This document shows, in pieces, positions 52,178 to 63,915 of a stretch of DNA of 64,000 nt. The stretch spans positions 14,436 through 78,435 of the forward strand of contig NW_021831853.1 of assembly GCF_006345805.1 (NCBI RefSeq), given 5' to 3'. The position numbers were made by a program, and so were the translations under genes. A model generated the notes under the pieces. That model had not been told where the DNA came from and did no database searches. It worked only from the letters and a program-made list of their open reading frames with translations. The stretch's first letter is position 1. The number at the start of each line of letters is the position of its first letter. This DNA comes from Octopus sinensis (Eukaryota).

Positions 52178-53042
52178 TCACAATTGCAAAAAACCAAAAT
52201 AATATATTAATTATAGAAATATTAAAATTACTAAGTCTCTCTAATTTATTAATTTATACTATGGTATTTGAGTATTCCCTTTTCCGCTTGTCAACACTAA
52301 ATACACTTACACACAGACGGCATCCTGCAGAGTTTCCATTTACCAAATTCACCTACAAAGTAGTGGTCGGCTGAGGGGTGTAGTAGAACACACTTGCTCA
52401 AAGTAGCGGGTACTGAAACTGAACTCGGAAACAAAGGGTTGCGAAGCGAACTACTTAACCACTCTGCCACCTTACTGTTCTGCAAAGTTATGCCTTCACC
52501 ATCAGAATCCTGTTCGTGTTCTTTATTTAAATATTGCACACTAGTAAACAGGAATCAGTTCAGTGTCTGATAATAACATTAACAGAATTTCTTTCTCTCT
52601 TTTCTGGTAAAGTATAGAACAATTTCCTGTAACGTTAGCAACCGTTCGTCTATGAAAAATTCCTGGCGTGTCAATGTCAGTACATCTTGGATTTGGGATT
52701 TCTGGGGTTAAAAAATGGAAGGATGAGCGTTTAGTAAATCACCGCCTGAATATTTCGCTAATGAATTAAGAAAAATAAACAAACAAAAAAACATATCATA
52801 GGTGCAGGCATGGCCGGATGGTTAAGAAGATCGTTTAGCAACCACGTGGTCTCGGGTTCAATCTCACTGCACAGCACCTTCAGTAAATATTTTCTACTAT
52901 AGCTCTGGGTCGATAAATAACTCGTGAGTGCTGAAGCCCGTCGTGTGTGTATAGTCAAATCGAGTAATCGAACATTGAAAATAGCAATAACAAAGCAACT
53001 TGGAATGTATTAGTTTGACACTCAGTAAAAAAAAATAGGGGT

Positions 53043-53075
53043 TTTGACGTTTCGGGCAAGGCTTTTCGTCAGAAA
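53043..53075 (-). ncRNA. Minimal hammerhead motif with GUC site and decayed helix II
   Basis: ttt-CTGACGA-a-aagc-ctt-gccc-GAAA-CGT-C-aaa. Confidence 0.55.
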
Positions 53076-53234
53076 GGAAAACGAAGTCCAGAGAAGAAAA
53101 AATATCAGCAACACCATGCACACACACGTTACGTTTGTACTTTCTCGTGAACATTAGCAAAAACAAGTAAATTAGAGTTAATCAAGGATCGAAATCAGGA
53201 CTCATCTCACAGGGATTCTAATATTCTTTTATTT

Positions 53235-53563
53235 CGACTCCAGGGCTTATTCCTTGTAAGCCTAATACTTATTCTATCAGTCCTTTTGCCGAAACGCTAA
53301 GTTACGGGGACGTAAACACACCAACTTCGGTTGTGAAGTGATGGTGGGGGGGACAAACACAGCCCCACACACGCACTATCCACTACACACATTTTTTCTC
53401 TCCTTGTTTCTTTCCTTGCTTTTTTTTCTGTGTCCCTTTCTGTAGAAGAGCGTAGGCTCGAAACGTAAAAGACTTTTTTTCTATTCCTGAGCGTTATACT
53501 AATACATCTGTTTGTTTTCTACACCACCTGTCTTCGTCTTTTGTTTTTTTCGAGAACTCTCCC

Positions 53564-53623
<60 letters not shown>

Positions 53624-53790
53624 ATATATTATATATATATACCAGAGTAAGCACATAAATTGGAAACATATTGGAAAAAATAGTACTCGAATACCGGAGG
53701 TAGAGTAATATGCTTTCTTAATAAAGCTGGACCGTTCGTCGGACAGTTTTGATTGAAAATGGAACACAATATTTACAACTTTATTCATAA

Positions 53791-53835
<45 letters not shown>

Positions 53836-54000
53836 TATATATACGACAGCCGTCTTTCAGTTTCTGTCCACCAAATCCACTCACAAGGCTTCGGTCGGCT
53901 CGAAACTATAGTAGAAAACACTTGCCCAACGTACCATGCGGAGGGACTGAACCTGAGACCGTGTGGTTGGGAAGCAAGCTTTTTACCACACAGCCACGCC
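53235..54000 (-). mobile_element. SINE family A whose internal linker carries two nested insertions
   Basis: 3' half 53235-53375; 5' half 53843-54000; inserts at ~53395-53563 and ~53641-53795 separated by (TA)n. Confidence 0.85.
53436..53471 (+). ncRNA. Minimal hammerhead motif with CUGUAGA core variant
   Basis: cttt-CTGTAGA-a-gagc-gtag-gctc-GAAA-CGT-A-aaag. Confidence 0.6.
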
Positions 54001-54777
54001 TGTTAGCTATCGTTGTACAAAACTTCACGTTTATTGCTTAATCTTCTGTCTGTCCCGTATCACATGTGTTACACGTGATACACATGAGAGGTAAAAGATT
54101 TCCCTGACGTCCATGTATCATTTATGACGCATCAGAGTAATTTGGGACATCTAAAAGAAAAGCTTTATATTACTTAGAACGCATAAAAATAAAACCTAAC
54201 TAAAAGTCTGAAAGCAAGCACAGAGATTTAGGACAAACTTGTGAAAACGCTTTGGACAGGCAAAATGGTACAACTACAAATCGTCTTAATTTTTGTCAAA
54301 GAATCTTTCACGTGAGTGAAAAATATACTAAAAAAAACCCCAGAGAACGACGCCCAATACGAATCGAAATCCAACCACCGGAAGTGAAATAACAAAACTT
54401 TCCTCTACACAAGGGACATCGCCCACAAAATCGTTTCAGAATAAAGATAAAAAATATAAAAATGAAAAAGTTAAACATTCTTAAGTATGAGTTACAATAT
54501 AATTCTTTTGTTTTTTTAGGTCAGACTTTTAAGGCGATATTTCCTCCTCCTTTAGAGCTACTTGACCTAAGGTTAGCAAATCTTTCTGGCATTGCTTTCA
54601 ACCATAAGAATTCTTACCGATTCTGTTTGTCTGAGACATTTTACAATGAATTATAATAGAGTTCCACATTTTGACACGTTTAGCACATCGCCATTCTGAA
54701 CAAACGTGACCACAGTCATAGTACATTTTCTATATTACAATGTATAAACAATCTATATACAGTGTATATGTGTATGC

Positions 54778-54852
<75 letters not shown>

Positions 54853-54983
54853 TATTTTAAATTAGAGACAAAACCACTATTAGGCAAATCATACAATGAA
54901 AAACTTAAGCCAATACATAAGATTACTTAATTTATATTATTTAAATATATAACAAAATTATTAAAAAAATATAATTAATATAT

Positions 54984-55047
54984 CACTACGATCGTTTCAT
55001 GGCTGTTAATTTCTTTAAATTTTCGAGTTACAGTCATTCATCAGGTG
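54984..55047 (-). ncRNA. Type-I hammerhead ribozyme, intact core, GUA site, helix III ACGATCGT
   Basis: cac-CTGATGA-atgactgt..acagccat-GAAA-CGATCGT-A-gtg; helix II 7/8 bp. Confidence 0.75.
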
Positions 55048-55152
55048 GTTTAAATATTTATCTTGGATAACAACCAGAAACCTAGGTCTGTGAGTATCAA
55101 AAAAAATATAAATATTTAAACCAGTGATGAAGGCTCTCTCCACTCACAAATT

Positions 55153-55426
55153 CTATGTATTCTTTAAGTGACACACAGTCGCTGATCTGACATAGAGAAA
55201 AACCACTTGTTTTAAACCTCTGAGCGAGAGACATACAGTAACAGTACCGAATGCCAACGGAATGTGGCAGTCCTATAAAAGACGATGTTACAGTTGCTTT
55301 AGCTACAGGAAAACATCAAGCATTACTATTCGGTTCTGTCAATGTATGTCTCTCGCTCAGAAAATTAAAACAGTTGTTTTTCTCTATACAATATCAGCGG
55401 CTGTGTGTCGCTTAAAGAATATATAG
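55153..55426. repeat. Inverted repeat, ~100-bp arms (55153-55252 and 55328-55426), 75-bp spacer
   Basis: tattctttaagtgacacacagtcgctgat / atcagcggctgtgtgtcgcttaaagaata; ctgagcgagagacataca / tgtatgtctctcgctcag. Confidence 0.9.
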
Positions 55427-55470
55427 TAATTGCAATTAGAGAGATATTTCGTCACTAGCTTGTGGTTATG

Positions 55471-55512
55471 TCACACTGAGGACGGATAACATCCAGAAAC
55501 CTAGGTCTGTGA
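55471..55512 (+). ncRNA. Type-I hammerhead ribozyme, intact core, GUC site, helix III ACCTAGGT
   Basis: tcaca-CTGAGGA-c-ggat-aac-atcc-a-GAAA-CCTAGGT-C-tgtga; helix I 5/5 bp. Confidence 0.8.
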
Positions 55513-56436
55513 GTATCACGTAAGGCTAGAGATGGGAGCGATGACCTCCCTTGCAAATGTTATACGGACATAAACTGTGTGGCAATTGCCAGCTGGAAAA
55601 GAACCTAGCACTCACTACCCCACCACCACCGCTGGGTCATCATTCATATTTCACATTATTTACCATCGCTTCAGCTCTTGAGAAAAGTATCCACATTAGA
55701 AACCTCCCATGCTTTATCCTTTATTTTCCTTCTGTCTCATTCAAATTTCGTTATATTTAATTCTCTTTACTAATGTCTTCTCCGTCTCAGGTGTATACTT
55801 GCGCAAACAAGCTATCTTTAAGATAGCATATTTTGCATTGGTTTGATATCATTGTATCATGTATACCGAACGTGTATATGCGTAAGAAATACATTTGGCA
55901 TGCATGTGGGAAGAGCTACGGCAAGACGAGCAACATGAATGAAGGTCGAACACCAATAATAGAAAATGTAGGGCAATAAGATGAAATGCAATAATGTTAA
56001 GAAAACGTGCGTTTATAAAGCAATGAAAAATTACTATCTAATTATTGCCAATAAATTTCATGGTGCGCGTGTGCGTGCGTGTATGCATGTGTGTGTGTAC
56101 ATAATACAGTTAGCACTTACGATTATATCGGTATTTGATATGAGAATAAAAGTTGGTGGGACAGCACATATACATATTAACACACATTAGATTGTTAAAT
56201 AGTTTTTTTCAAAAAATTTATTTCAAAACAAAGTCTAATTTTTAGAATTAGATATTATTAGATATTGTATAGCAAATGATATAATCGAAATTTACACCAT
56301 CTGACGCATATTTGTCAAAGCTATCGATTGTTTTCTGAAAGTTATGAGAAAACAAAATTGGCAGAGCACATACACACACACACATACACATATGTATGTA
56401 TATATATATATATATATTATATATTATATATATATA

Positions 56437-56480
<44 letters not shown>

Positions 56481-56647
56481 TATGGTGCAACTACCACCGG
56501 CTGGTCGTTGTGTATAATTGCGCATGCGTTATCGGAAGTCCTTAGTAGACACATGTACTTTTTAAAAACATGTAATGTATACACACAAACACATACATGC
56601 ATACATACATACATAAACACACACACACATGCACGCACACACACACG

Positions 56648-56698
<51 letters not shown>

Positions 56699-56719
56699 GT
56701 CAAAGAAAAATCTGTGTGT

Positions 56720-56915
56720 GTGTGTCTTTGTGCCTATGTTAGTCCCCCATCATAGCTTGACAACCAGTGTTAGTGTGTTTGCATCTCCGTAACTTAGCGG
56801 TTCGACTAAAGAAGAAGATAGAATAGGTTCTGGGGTAGATTTGATGGATTAAGACCTTTCAAGACTGTGCTCCAGCATAGCAGCAGTCAAATGACTGAAA
56901 CAAGTAAAAAAGAAA
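56720..56915 (+). mobile_element. SINE family A 3' half
   Basis: cgtaacttagcggttcg..gtgctccagcatagcagcagtcaaatgactgaaacaagt. Confidence 0.8.
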
Positions 56916-57039
56916 TATAAGACAAAAGATAAAGATCTCACGTAAATAGTCACAATGTATATTTGCACCCCCTCACACTTGTAAACATGCATAATTACCT
57001 TATTATACAGATCTTTTAGCGAGAAGATCAGGCAAAGAC

Positions 57040-57275
57040 GCTTTCTATTATCTGCTCACTGCGTGCGTCACCCTGAACTAGAAGCATCCAAATTAGTCTT
57101 GTGGAACCCACTTCGTGGTGATGTAAGAAAAAGAAAATGTCGTCACACTTACGTCGACGACTCGACTGAGGACAATGCTCTGGAATGCATTCAGGACCTC
57201 AAGGCAGTGATGATCTATCGAGAAGTGTGGCGGGTGGACTCTCTTGTTGCGGCCCAGTTTGGAACCTGGCCATAA
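57040..57275 (+). mobile_element. RTE-like LINE 3' relic
   Basis: HCVRHPELEASKLVLWNPLRG..TYVDDSTEDNALECIQDLKAVMIYREVWR. Confidence 0.7.
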
Positions 57276-57289
57276 TAATCCTTAGACAC

Positions 57290-57510
57290 AAAGCCTGAAA
57301 TTTGGTGCGTGTGTGTGTGTGTGTGGGGGGGGGTGTCTAGTCGATTACATCAACTGGCATTTAATTTATGTGACTGGTATTTAATTTGTCGATCCTGAAA
57401 AGATAAAAGTCGACCTTAGCAGTATTTGAACTCAGAGCGTAAAGGCGGATGGAATGCCGCAAAGCATTTTCCCCGGCCTGCTAACAATTCTGCCAGCTTG
57501 CCGCCTTTGG
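57290..57510 (-). mobile_element. SINE family B
   Basis: gtcgaccttagcagtatttgaactcagagc..ttctgccagcttgccgcc. Confidence 0.8.
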
Positions 57511-57527
57511 CCCGGCCATAATAATAA

Positions 57528-57830
57528 TCACGTGATCACGTGACCGACCAGGCTATTAGATATTGCTACACATCGTTGGTCACAATGCGCTTTGCATTGT
57601 TTTAGCCTTCAAATGACGCCACCCCGCTGGCTAAGCGAGCTGGCCAACAGAAGAAAGAGAGAAAGTTGCGGCGAAAGAGTACAGCAGGGATCGCCACCAC
57701 CCCCTGCCGGAGCCTCGTGGAGCTTTAGGTGTTTTCGCTCAATAAACACTCACAACGCCCGGTCTGGGAATCGAAACCGCGATCCTACGACCGCGAGTCC
57801 GCTGCCCTAACCACTGGACCATTGCACTTC
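57528..57830 (-). mobile_element. SINE, tRNA head + body Q + tail Z
   Basis: gtttattgagcgaaaacacctaaagctccacgaggctccggcagggggtggtggcgatccc joined to ctcgcttagccagcggggtggcgtc..ctggtcggtcacgtgatcacgtga. Confidence 0.9.
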
Positions 57831-58104
57831 CATAATAATGATAGAAAAAAAAAACTACTTCGCGGATTAATATTCTTCATCTTCCTGTATGCATGCAAAG
57901 CATTGCAGAAACTCTGAGGAAGATTAAAGTGAGCTGGAAATGAGATACCGTCACATGTTGGGCATTTTGTGTTTAGAGCACATTTCAAATGGGTGGGTTT
58001 AGGAACCATCCAGCATCTGTTTGTTTCCCGCCTCAGAAGACCTTCTTAGAAAGGTGAAGTAAAGCAAGCCAGGAGATGGTATGGCCATATAGTAAGATCT
58101 AAAC

Positions 58105-58312
58105 CAGGGATTCTCATTCTTTTTTTTTTTTTGCCTATGGGCCCCGTTGATCCCTATTTTACTCGGATGGATCCCCATAGCCATTTGATGTTAAAATATC
58201 CTATTTAATTTTAGAATTAGATATTATTAGAAATTGTATAGCAGATGGATTTAAAGGACAAAATCTTATATGGACCCCTAAGGGCCATAAGGATCCCGGT
58301 TGAGAACCACTG
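58105..58312. mobile_element. hAT/Charlie-like MITE
   Basis: cagggattctca..gttgagaaccactg termini; flanks atctaaac and gtctggaa resemble a degenerate NTCTAGAN 8-bp site. Confidence 0.55.
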
Positions 58313-59094
58313 GTCTGGAACATGCTTTTAGGGAGCCGCGGAGGGCAGAAAGAAAGAAAGGTGGATAGAAGGGAAGACGGACGGACAGTGTCAGGGAAAT
58401 TGATAGACAAATCATTGGTGGGGCGAGGGGTGAGTTCTGGTAGACACCCACGGAAGATGGAGAAGAATGGTGTTCAGTATGTCCGCCGCTGAGGCCCCAA
58501 GTTTGAGAGTCATGCACACAAAATCATATTTACTACACAACTCCATACATGCATAACTAAGCATGCACACCACCTCACATACACAATCACATACGAACAA
58601 CCACATTTAATCAACATACATTCATATATACTAACACAAACAACCACATACACACGCACACATACACACACACAGGCACAAGCGCGTGCACACGCACACA
58701 CACATACACACACACACACGCACGTACGCAAACACAATTTCAATACAAAGAATCGCACAGATCCCTATATATACACTTACTCATATACACACATCAACAC
58801 AATACATCAAAGAAGAAAACACCGTGTAGTCATTCGATATGCGAGAAATAGCAGCTGAATACGTCTTCAGTTTCAGCCATTTGGTTTCAGAAACCAAGGA
58901 CACATTGGAGTAATGTCTACGGAAGCAATGCCCGGGAAAAGAACACGACGGTCACGGTTGGAATGCATCAGATCATAGGTTTTCTCGATCAAAGCTGACA
59001 TGGAATTAGCAACTACAACATACACATAACCAGGCAACTGAACACATACTAGAATTGTACAGACATACACATATGCAACTTCATGCACATGATA

Positions 59095-59972
59095 TGTAGT
59101 TTAATGCTGGAAAATGCCAAATCCCTGCGCTACCAGCATCTAGAACTGAACGAAAAACTTACAGGGTACACTGGCCCAGTGGGGATTACAATCCCAGAAC
59201 CTAAATCAGTGCGTAACCTGGGTATCGAAATGAGTGATGATACTTTTTTCCAAGTACACATTACCAAGATGGCGACAAAGTGCAGAGGGCTGGATGGATG
59301 GACCCTGAGAACTTTCAGAACCAATGAGAAGAAAACCATGATGGTCCTCTGGGGGACATTCGTCCTCAGCTACTTGCACTACTGCTCCCAGCTATGGTCA
59401 TTCCACAGTGTAAAATTAACAACGGACCTTGAAGCAATCCAGCGAAGCTTCGCAAAGAAGAGCGTCACATTGCAACAGCTCAGCTACTGGGAAAGGCTGA
59501 AACAGCTAAAACTTTACTCCCTGGAGCGAAGGCAAGAGAGATTTGCAGTAATATACATCTGGAAGATCCTAGAAGTGATTGTGCCAAATTTTTGCATTGA
59601 AAGCTACAGAAATACCAAAACTGGTCACTATTCCACAGTGTCAAAGATCCCAACAATGCCGTCGCGCTTCAGGAACAGTTACTGCACGGCCTGGGTTTCA
59701 AGAGCCCACAACTTTTTAATATTTTCTCAAAGAGCCTGAGGGACCTACACAAGGTGAATGTAGGTGTTTTCAAAACAAAACTGGGTCTCTTCCTGCCGAG
59801 AGACCTAGATGAACCTGCCTAGCGGAAAGGGGCGCAAATGAGGGTAGCAATATGACACTCTCTTATTGACCAAATGTCACATATCAGAGGATGCTTTCAA
59901 TAATAACAGTGTAGCAAAACGGCGGTACCCCAGCATGGCCACAGCTTTGAGCTGAAACCTATAGAAAAGATA
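59095..59972 (+). mobile_element. CR1-group LINE 3' portion (RT C-terminus and 3' UTR)
   Basis: SVRNLGIEMSDD..YCSQLWS..LEAIQRSF..LSYWERLKQLKLYSLERRQERFAVIYIWKILE; 3' tail ggcggtaccccagcatggccacagctttgagctgaaac. Confidence 0.88.
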
Positions 59973-60169
59973 TGCATACGCAAAATAACATATACATACA
60001 GGTAGGTATAGCAGTACAGACTCAACCACATAACTGAACACACACACGCACACACGCACGCGCACACACACACACATACACACGCACACACACGTACTAC
60101 ATCCACACACTACACGCACATGCGATCCCAGTTTCACAACTAACAACTACACACACACACACACACACT

Positions 60170-60201
<32 letters not shown>

Positions 60202-60351
60202 CTCGTAAATACACGACTACACTTACATACAGTAACCCAAACACATATAAATCCCCGCAGACACACAACCACACACACACACGCAAATACTCCATAAACA
60301 CTCGCATACCTGTATGCACACATACATACATACACACACACACACATAAAT

Positions 60352-60392
<41 letters not shown>

Positions 60393-61825
60393 CACGCACA
60401 CATACACATACATACATACATGCCTACATACTTATATACAAGCATGCATACATACACACATACACAGACATATGAGCCTGCAACTTACATGCACATAATC
60501 TTTTGCAAGCATAAAATACACACTCACAAATATATTCCAGCACACACATACACAACACACCCTCCACATATGTAAATATAAATTTATTGACATTTACACA
60601 CATTTATGCTAACTCACTCACACACACACACACACACACACACGTAATCCGACACACGGTCATATTCACCTATTCATACTTCAAACCTGTTTCTATTCCA
60701 TCTTCAAACTTCTCTGTTCCTTTTCGCCTGGTTCCCTTTCATCTTCGTCTTTTCTGCTTCAAAAACTCTCCACAAGGAACCATATACTCCCCTACTCCAT
60801 ACTCTTTTACTTCATACTCCTCCCAACTCTTTCAGCAGTTCTGCCAGTTACCCTTTCTTTGCTTTTATACATTTAAATATTTGTATAATTATTTGTTAAT
60901 TTTTCGCTTTTTAAATTTAAAAAAAAAATTCAGATTAATATCCCCCTTCTTTCACATACACACACACAGAGTTTATAGTATAAATATGTTTACATGTATG
61001 CATGTACATGTACATATATGTATATACACATATATACATGCATATATAAATATATGCACATATATATAATGCACACATTATATATATATATGGGGGTAAA
61101 TAAAATATATGTTATATATAATGTGTTTTATATGATACCTACAGTACTGAATACGGAAATTCGGAGATTCGGTCACATTTGTTTTATTATAATACCAAAT
61201 ATTACATAATCACTACAAGTGTTTCATTGGCGTATATTTGTACGCTACACCGTAATTGTTGCAGAGAGATACATAATCACTATACGGTGTCTGATCATCT
61301 GAATAAAACAACAATTTACTCCATTGATGGTTACCAATGTCAGTTTGGTAACCGAACAACAGACGTTGGTAAAAATGAAAGAACGAATGAGTAAATTTCA
61401 CGCTAGTGAAACACATATAAAGGTTATGATATTTATGATCTTATAATAAAAAGAGAAAAATATTAACCGAATCTCTAGTTTTGCTCTGATCTTGGATATA
61501 CACTCTGAGATGTATTCAAATGTAAACAAGACACACGAAAATCGTAAAACAAGCTATGTTTAATAACTGATTGAAAGCTGGACATACATGGATTTTCACA
61601 GTTCTAAACAAGGGTCCATGGTAATGCCACCTCTTTCGAAATTGCAACTTTTCAAAAGCTATACTATATGTACATTATATGTAATTATATATGATATATA
61701 TATATATATATATATATATATCTATATATATATATATATATATATATATAGATATATATACATACATTATATATACATACATATATATCTACATACATAT
61801 TATATACATACATATATATATACAT

Positions 61826-61868
<43 letters not shown>

Positions 61869-61878
61869 TATATGTTTG

Positions 61879-62187
61879 TGGAGGTCCAATGGCCCAGGGT
61901 TAGGGCGGCCGTCGTGGGGGGAGATCGCAGTTTCGATTCCCAGACAGGGCGTTGTGTGTGTTTATTGAGCGAAAACACCTAAAAGGTCCACGAGGCTTCG
62001 GCAGGGGGTGGTGGCGACCCCTGTTGTACTCTTTCCCCGCAACTTTCTCTCACTCTCTCTCTTCCAGTTTCTTGAGTAACGCTGCGATGGTCTGGCGTCC
62101 CGTCCAACTGGGGGGAACACATACGCCACAGAAACCGGGAAACCGGGCCCATGAGCCTGGCTAGGCTTGAAAAGGGCGATGTAAATA
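61879..62187 (+). mobile_element. SINE, tRNA head + body Q + tail Y
   Basis: gtttattgagcgaaaacacc..ggcagggggtggtggcgaccc joined to gagtaacgctgcgatggtctggcgtccc..gagcctggctaggcttgaaaagggcg. Confidence 0.9.
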
Positions 62188-62199
62188 CACACACACATA

Positions 62200-62416
62200 A
62201 CATCTATCAACTGGGACTCTGTCACTTACGACGACGTGGGTTCCAGTTGATCCGGTCAACGGAACAGCCTGCTCGTGAAATTAATGTGCAAGTGGCTGAG
62301 CACTCCACAGACACGTGTACCCTTACCGTAGTTCTCAGGGAGATTCAGCGGGGGAAACAGTGCGATAAGGCTGGCCCTTTGAAATGCAAGTGCAACTTAG
62401 TTTTGCCAGCTGAGTA
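62200..62416 (-). mobile_element. 5'-truncated SINE, end of body P + a fourth tail (V)
   Basis: ttttgccagctgagt (body P end) joined to a distinct tail containing gagtgctcagccacttgcac..ggctgttccgttgacc. Confidence 0.6.
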
Positions 62417-62569
62417 AACATAACATTTATATAACATATATAAATAACATACATAAGATATATATACGTAATATGTATGTGTAGAATACATCATATGTTA
62501 TATATATATCACATATTACAATATATAATATATACATATTATATATTTATATATGTGTGTGTGTTGATT

Positions 62570-62770
62570 TAAAGTTTTGGTACAAGGCCAACAATTTGGG
62601 GAGGGAGCAACTTGATTAGATTGGCTCAGGATTCAACTGGTACTTATTTTATCGACCCCGAAAGGATGAAAGGCAAAGTCAATCTCGGTGACATTTGAAC
62701 CCAGGACATAAAATCGGACGGAATGCCGCTAAGCATTTTACCCGGTGTGGTAACGATTCTGCCATACTTA
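62570..62770 (-). mobile_element. SINE family B
   Basis: ggtacttattttatcgaccccgaaaggatgaaaggcaaagtc. Confidence 0.8.
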
Positions 62771-63624
62771 TAACACATATGATATGCATAATAAATAAAA
62801 TCTATTATAGAGTGACCCAAGGGCAGAGAGTTTCGTGTGCTAGCACTTGTCAAACTCTAGAAAGACATTTTATATGGTGATAGGCAGACAGACAAACATA
62901 TATACATACGTACGTTGTTGTTGGTAACATCTCAAGTGGGAGAAAAACGATTCCGCAATTTCTCCATCAAATCGACAATGCCAGTACAGATGCATGATAT
63001 ACCAGATGTCAGATGTCGAAGTGATTATAGTACAACGTGTTTTGCCTCAAAAAAGAAAAGTACAACAAACCACCCCAAGTCCGGGAATCGAAACCACGTT
63101 TTCACGATCGAAAGGGGGGGGGGGAGGTCCTAAGCATTAGGCTACGCGCCCTGACATAGTCATATGCAAATATTCATATATTCATACATGTATGTGTGAC
63201 TCTGTGTGTGTGTGTGTGTAGTTGTGTGGTGTGTGTGTGGGTGTGTTGTTTTCGTATTGCATTGCTGTTACTGATGTTGATGATGCTGCTGCTCTCGCTG
63301 CTGCTGCTGCTGCTGCTGGTGTTTTTGTTGTCCTATTTTTTCTTAGATTATCCGTTCAAAGTTTTTTCACTTTCTTCTGTAAGTCATCAATACAATACAA
63401 TCTTTAATTAATTGAAAAACCTTAAGAAATCTGCCGGCCGCAAGTCATCTCTCATTCTTCCCATTCTTTCTTTCATTCTTTCTTTCTTTTTCTTTTCTTT
63501 TTCTCATATCTTTTCTGCCCCCGTCCCTTTTTCTCTCATCTTTTTCTACCCCACCCATGTCCCATTATCTCTATATTTTTGTCTCTTTCATCTGTCATTT
63601 TCTTTCATTTCTTATAACTTATTC

Positions 63625-63723
63625 CCGTGTCGTCGTCGTCGTCCTCCTCCTCCTCCTCCTCCTCCTCCTCTTCTTCTTCTTCATCATCATCATCATCACC
63701 ATCACCACCTTCGCCTTCTTTTC

Positions 63724-63757
<34 letters not shown>

Positions 63758-63915
63758 CCACCACCACCTTCTCCTTCTTCGCCTTCTTTTTTCTTCTTAT
63801 TCTTCATCTTTTCTTCTTCATCACCACCACCACCACCACCACCATCACCACCACAACCACCACCACAACCACCACCACAACCACCACCACCACTACCTCT
63901 TCCTCCTCCTCCTTC
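63625..63915. repeat. Compound trinucleotide array (TCG/TCC/TCT/CAT/CAC/CAA)
   Basis: Direct reading. Confidence 0.95.

Noticed and set aside
54265-54656. Two-exon CDS joining 54265-54311 to the acceptor at 54519
   Set aside because: Phases are incompatible (phase 2 donor gives an immediate stop).
59083-59739. 218-aa ORF as a host gene
   Set aside because: It is the C-terminal RT region of a CR1-group LINE followed by that element's 3' tail.
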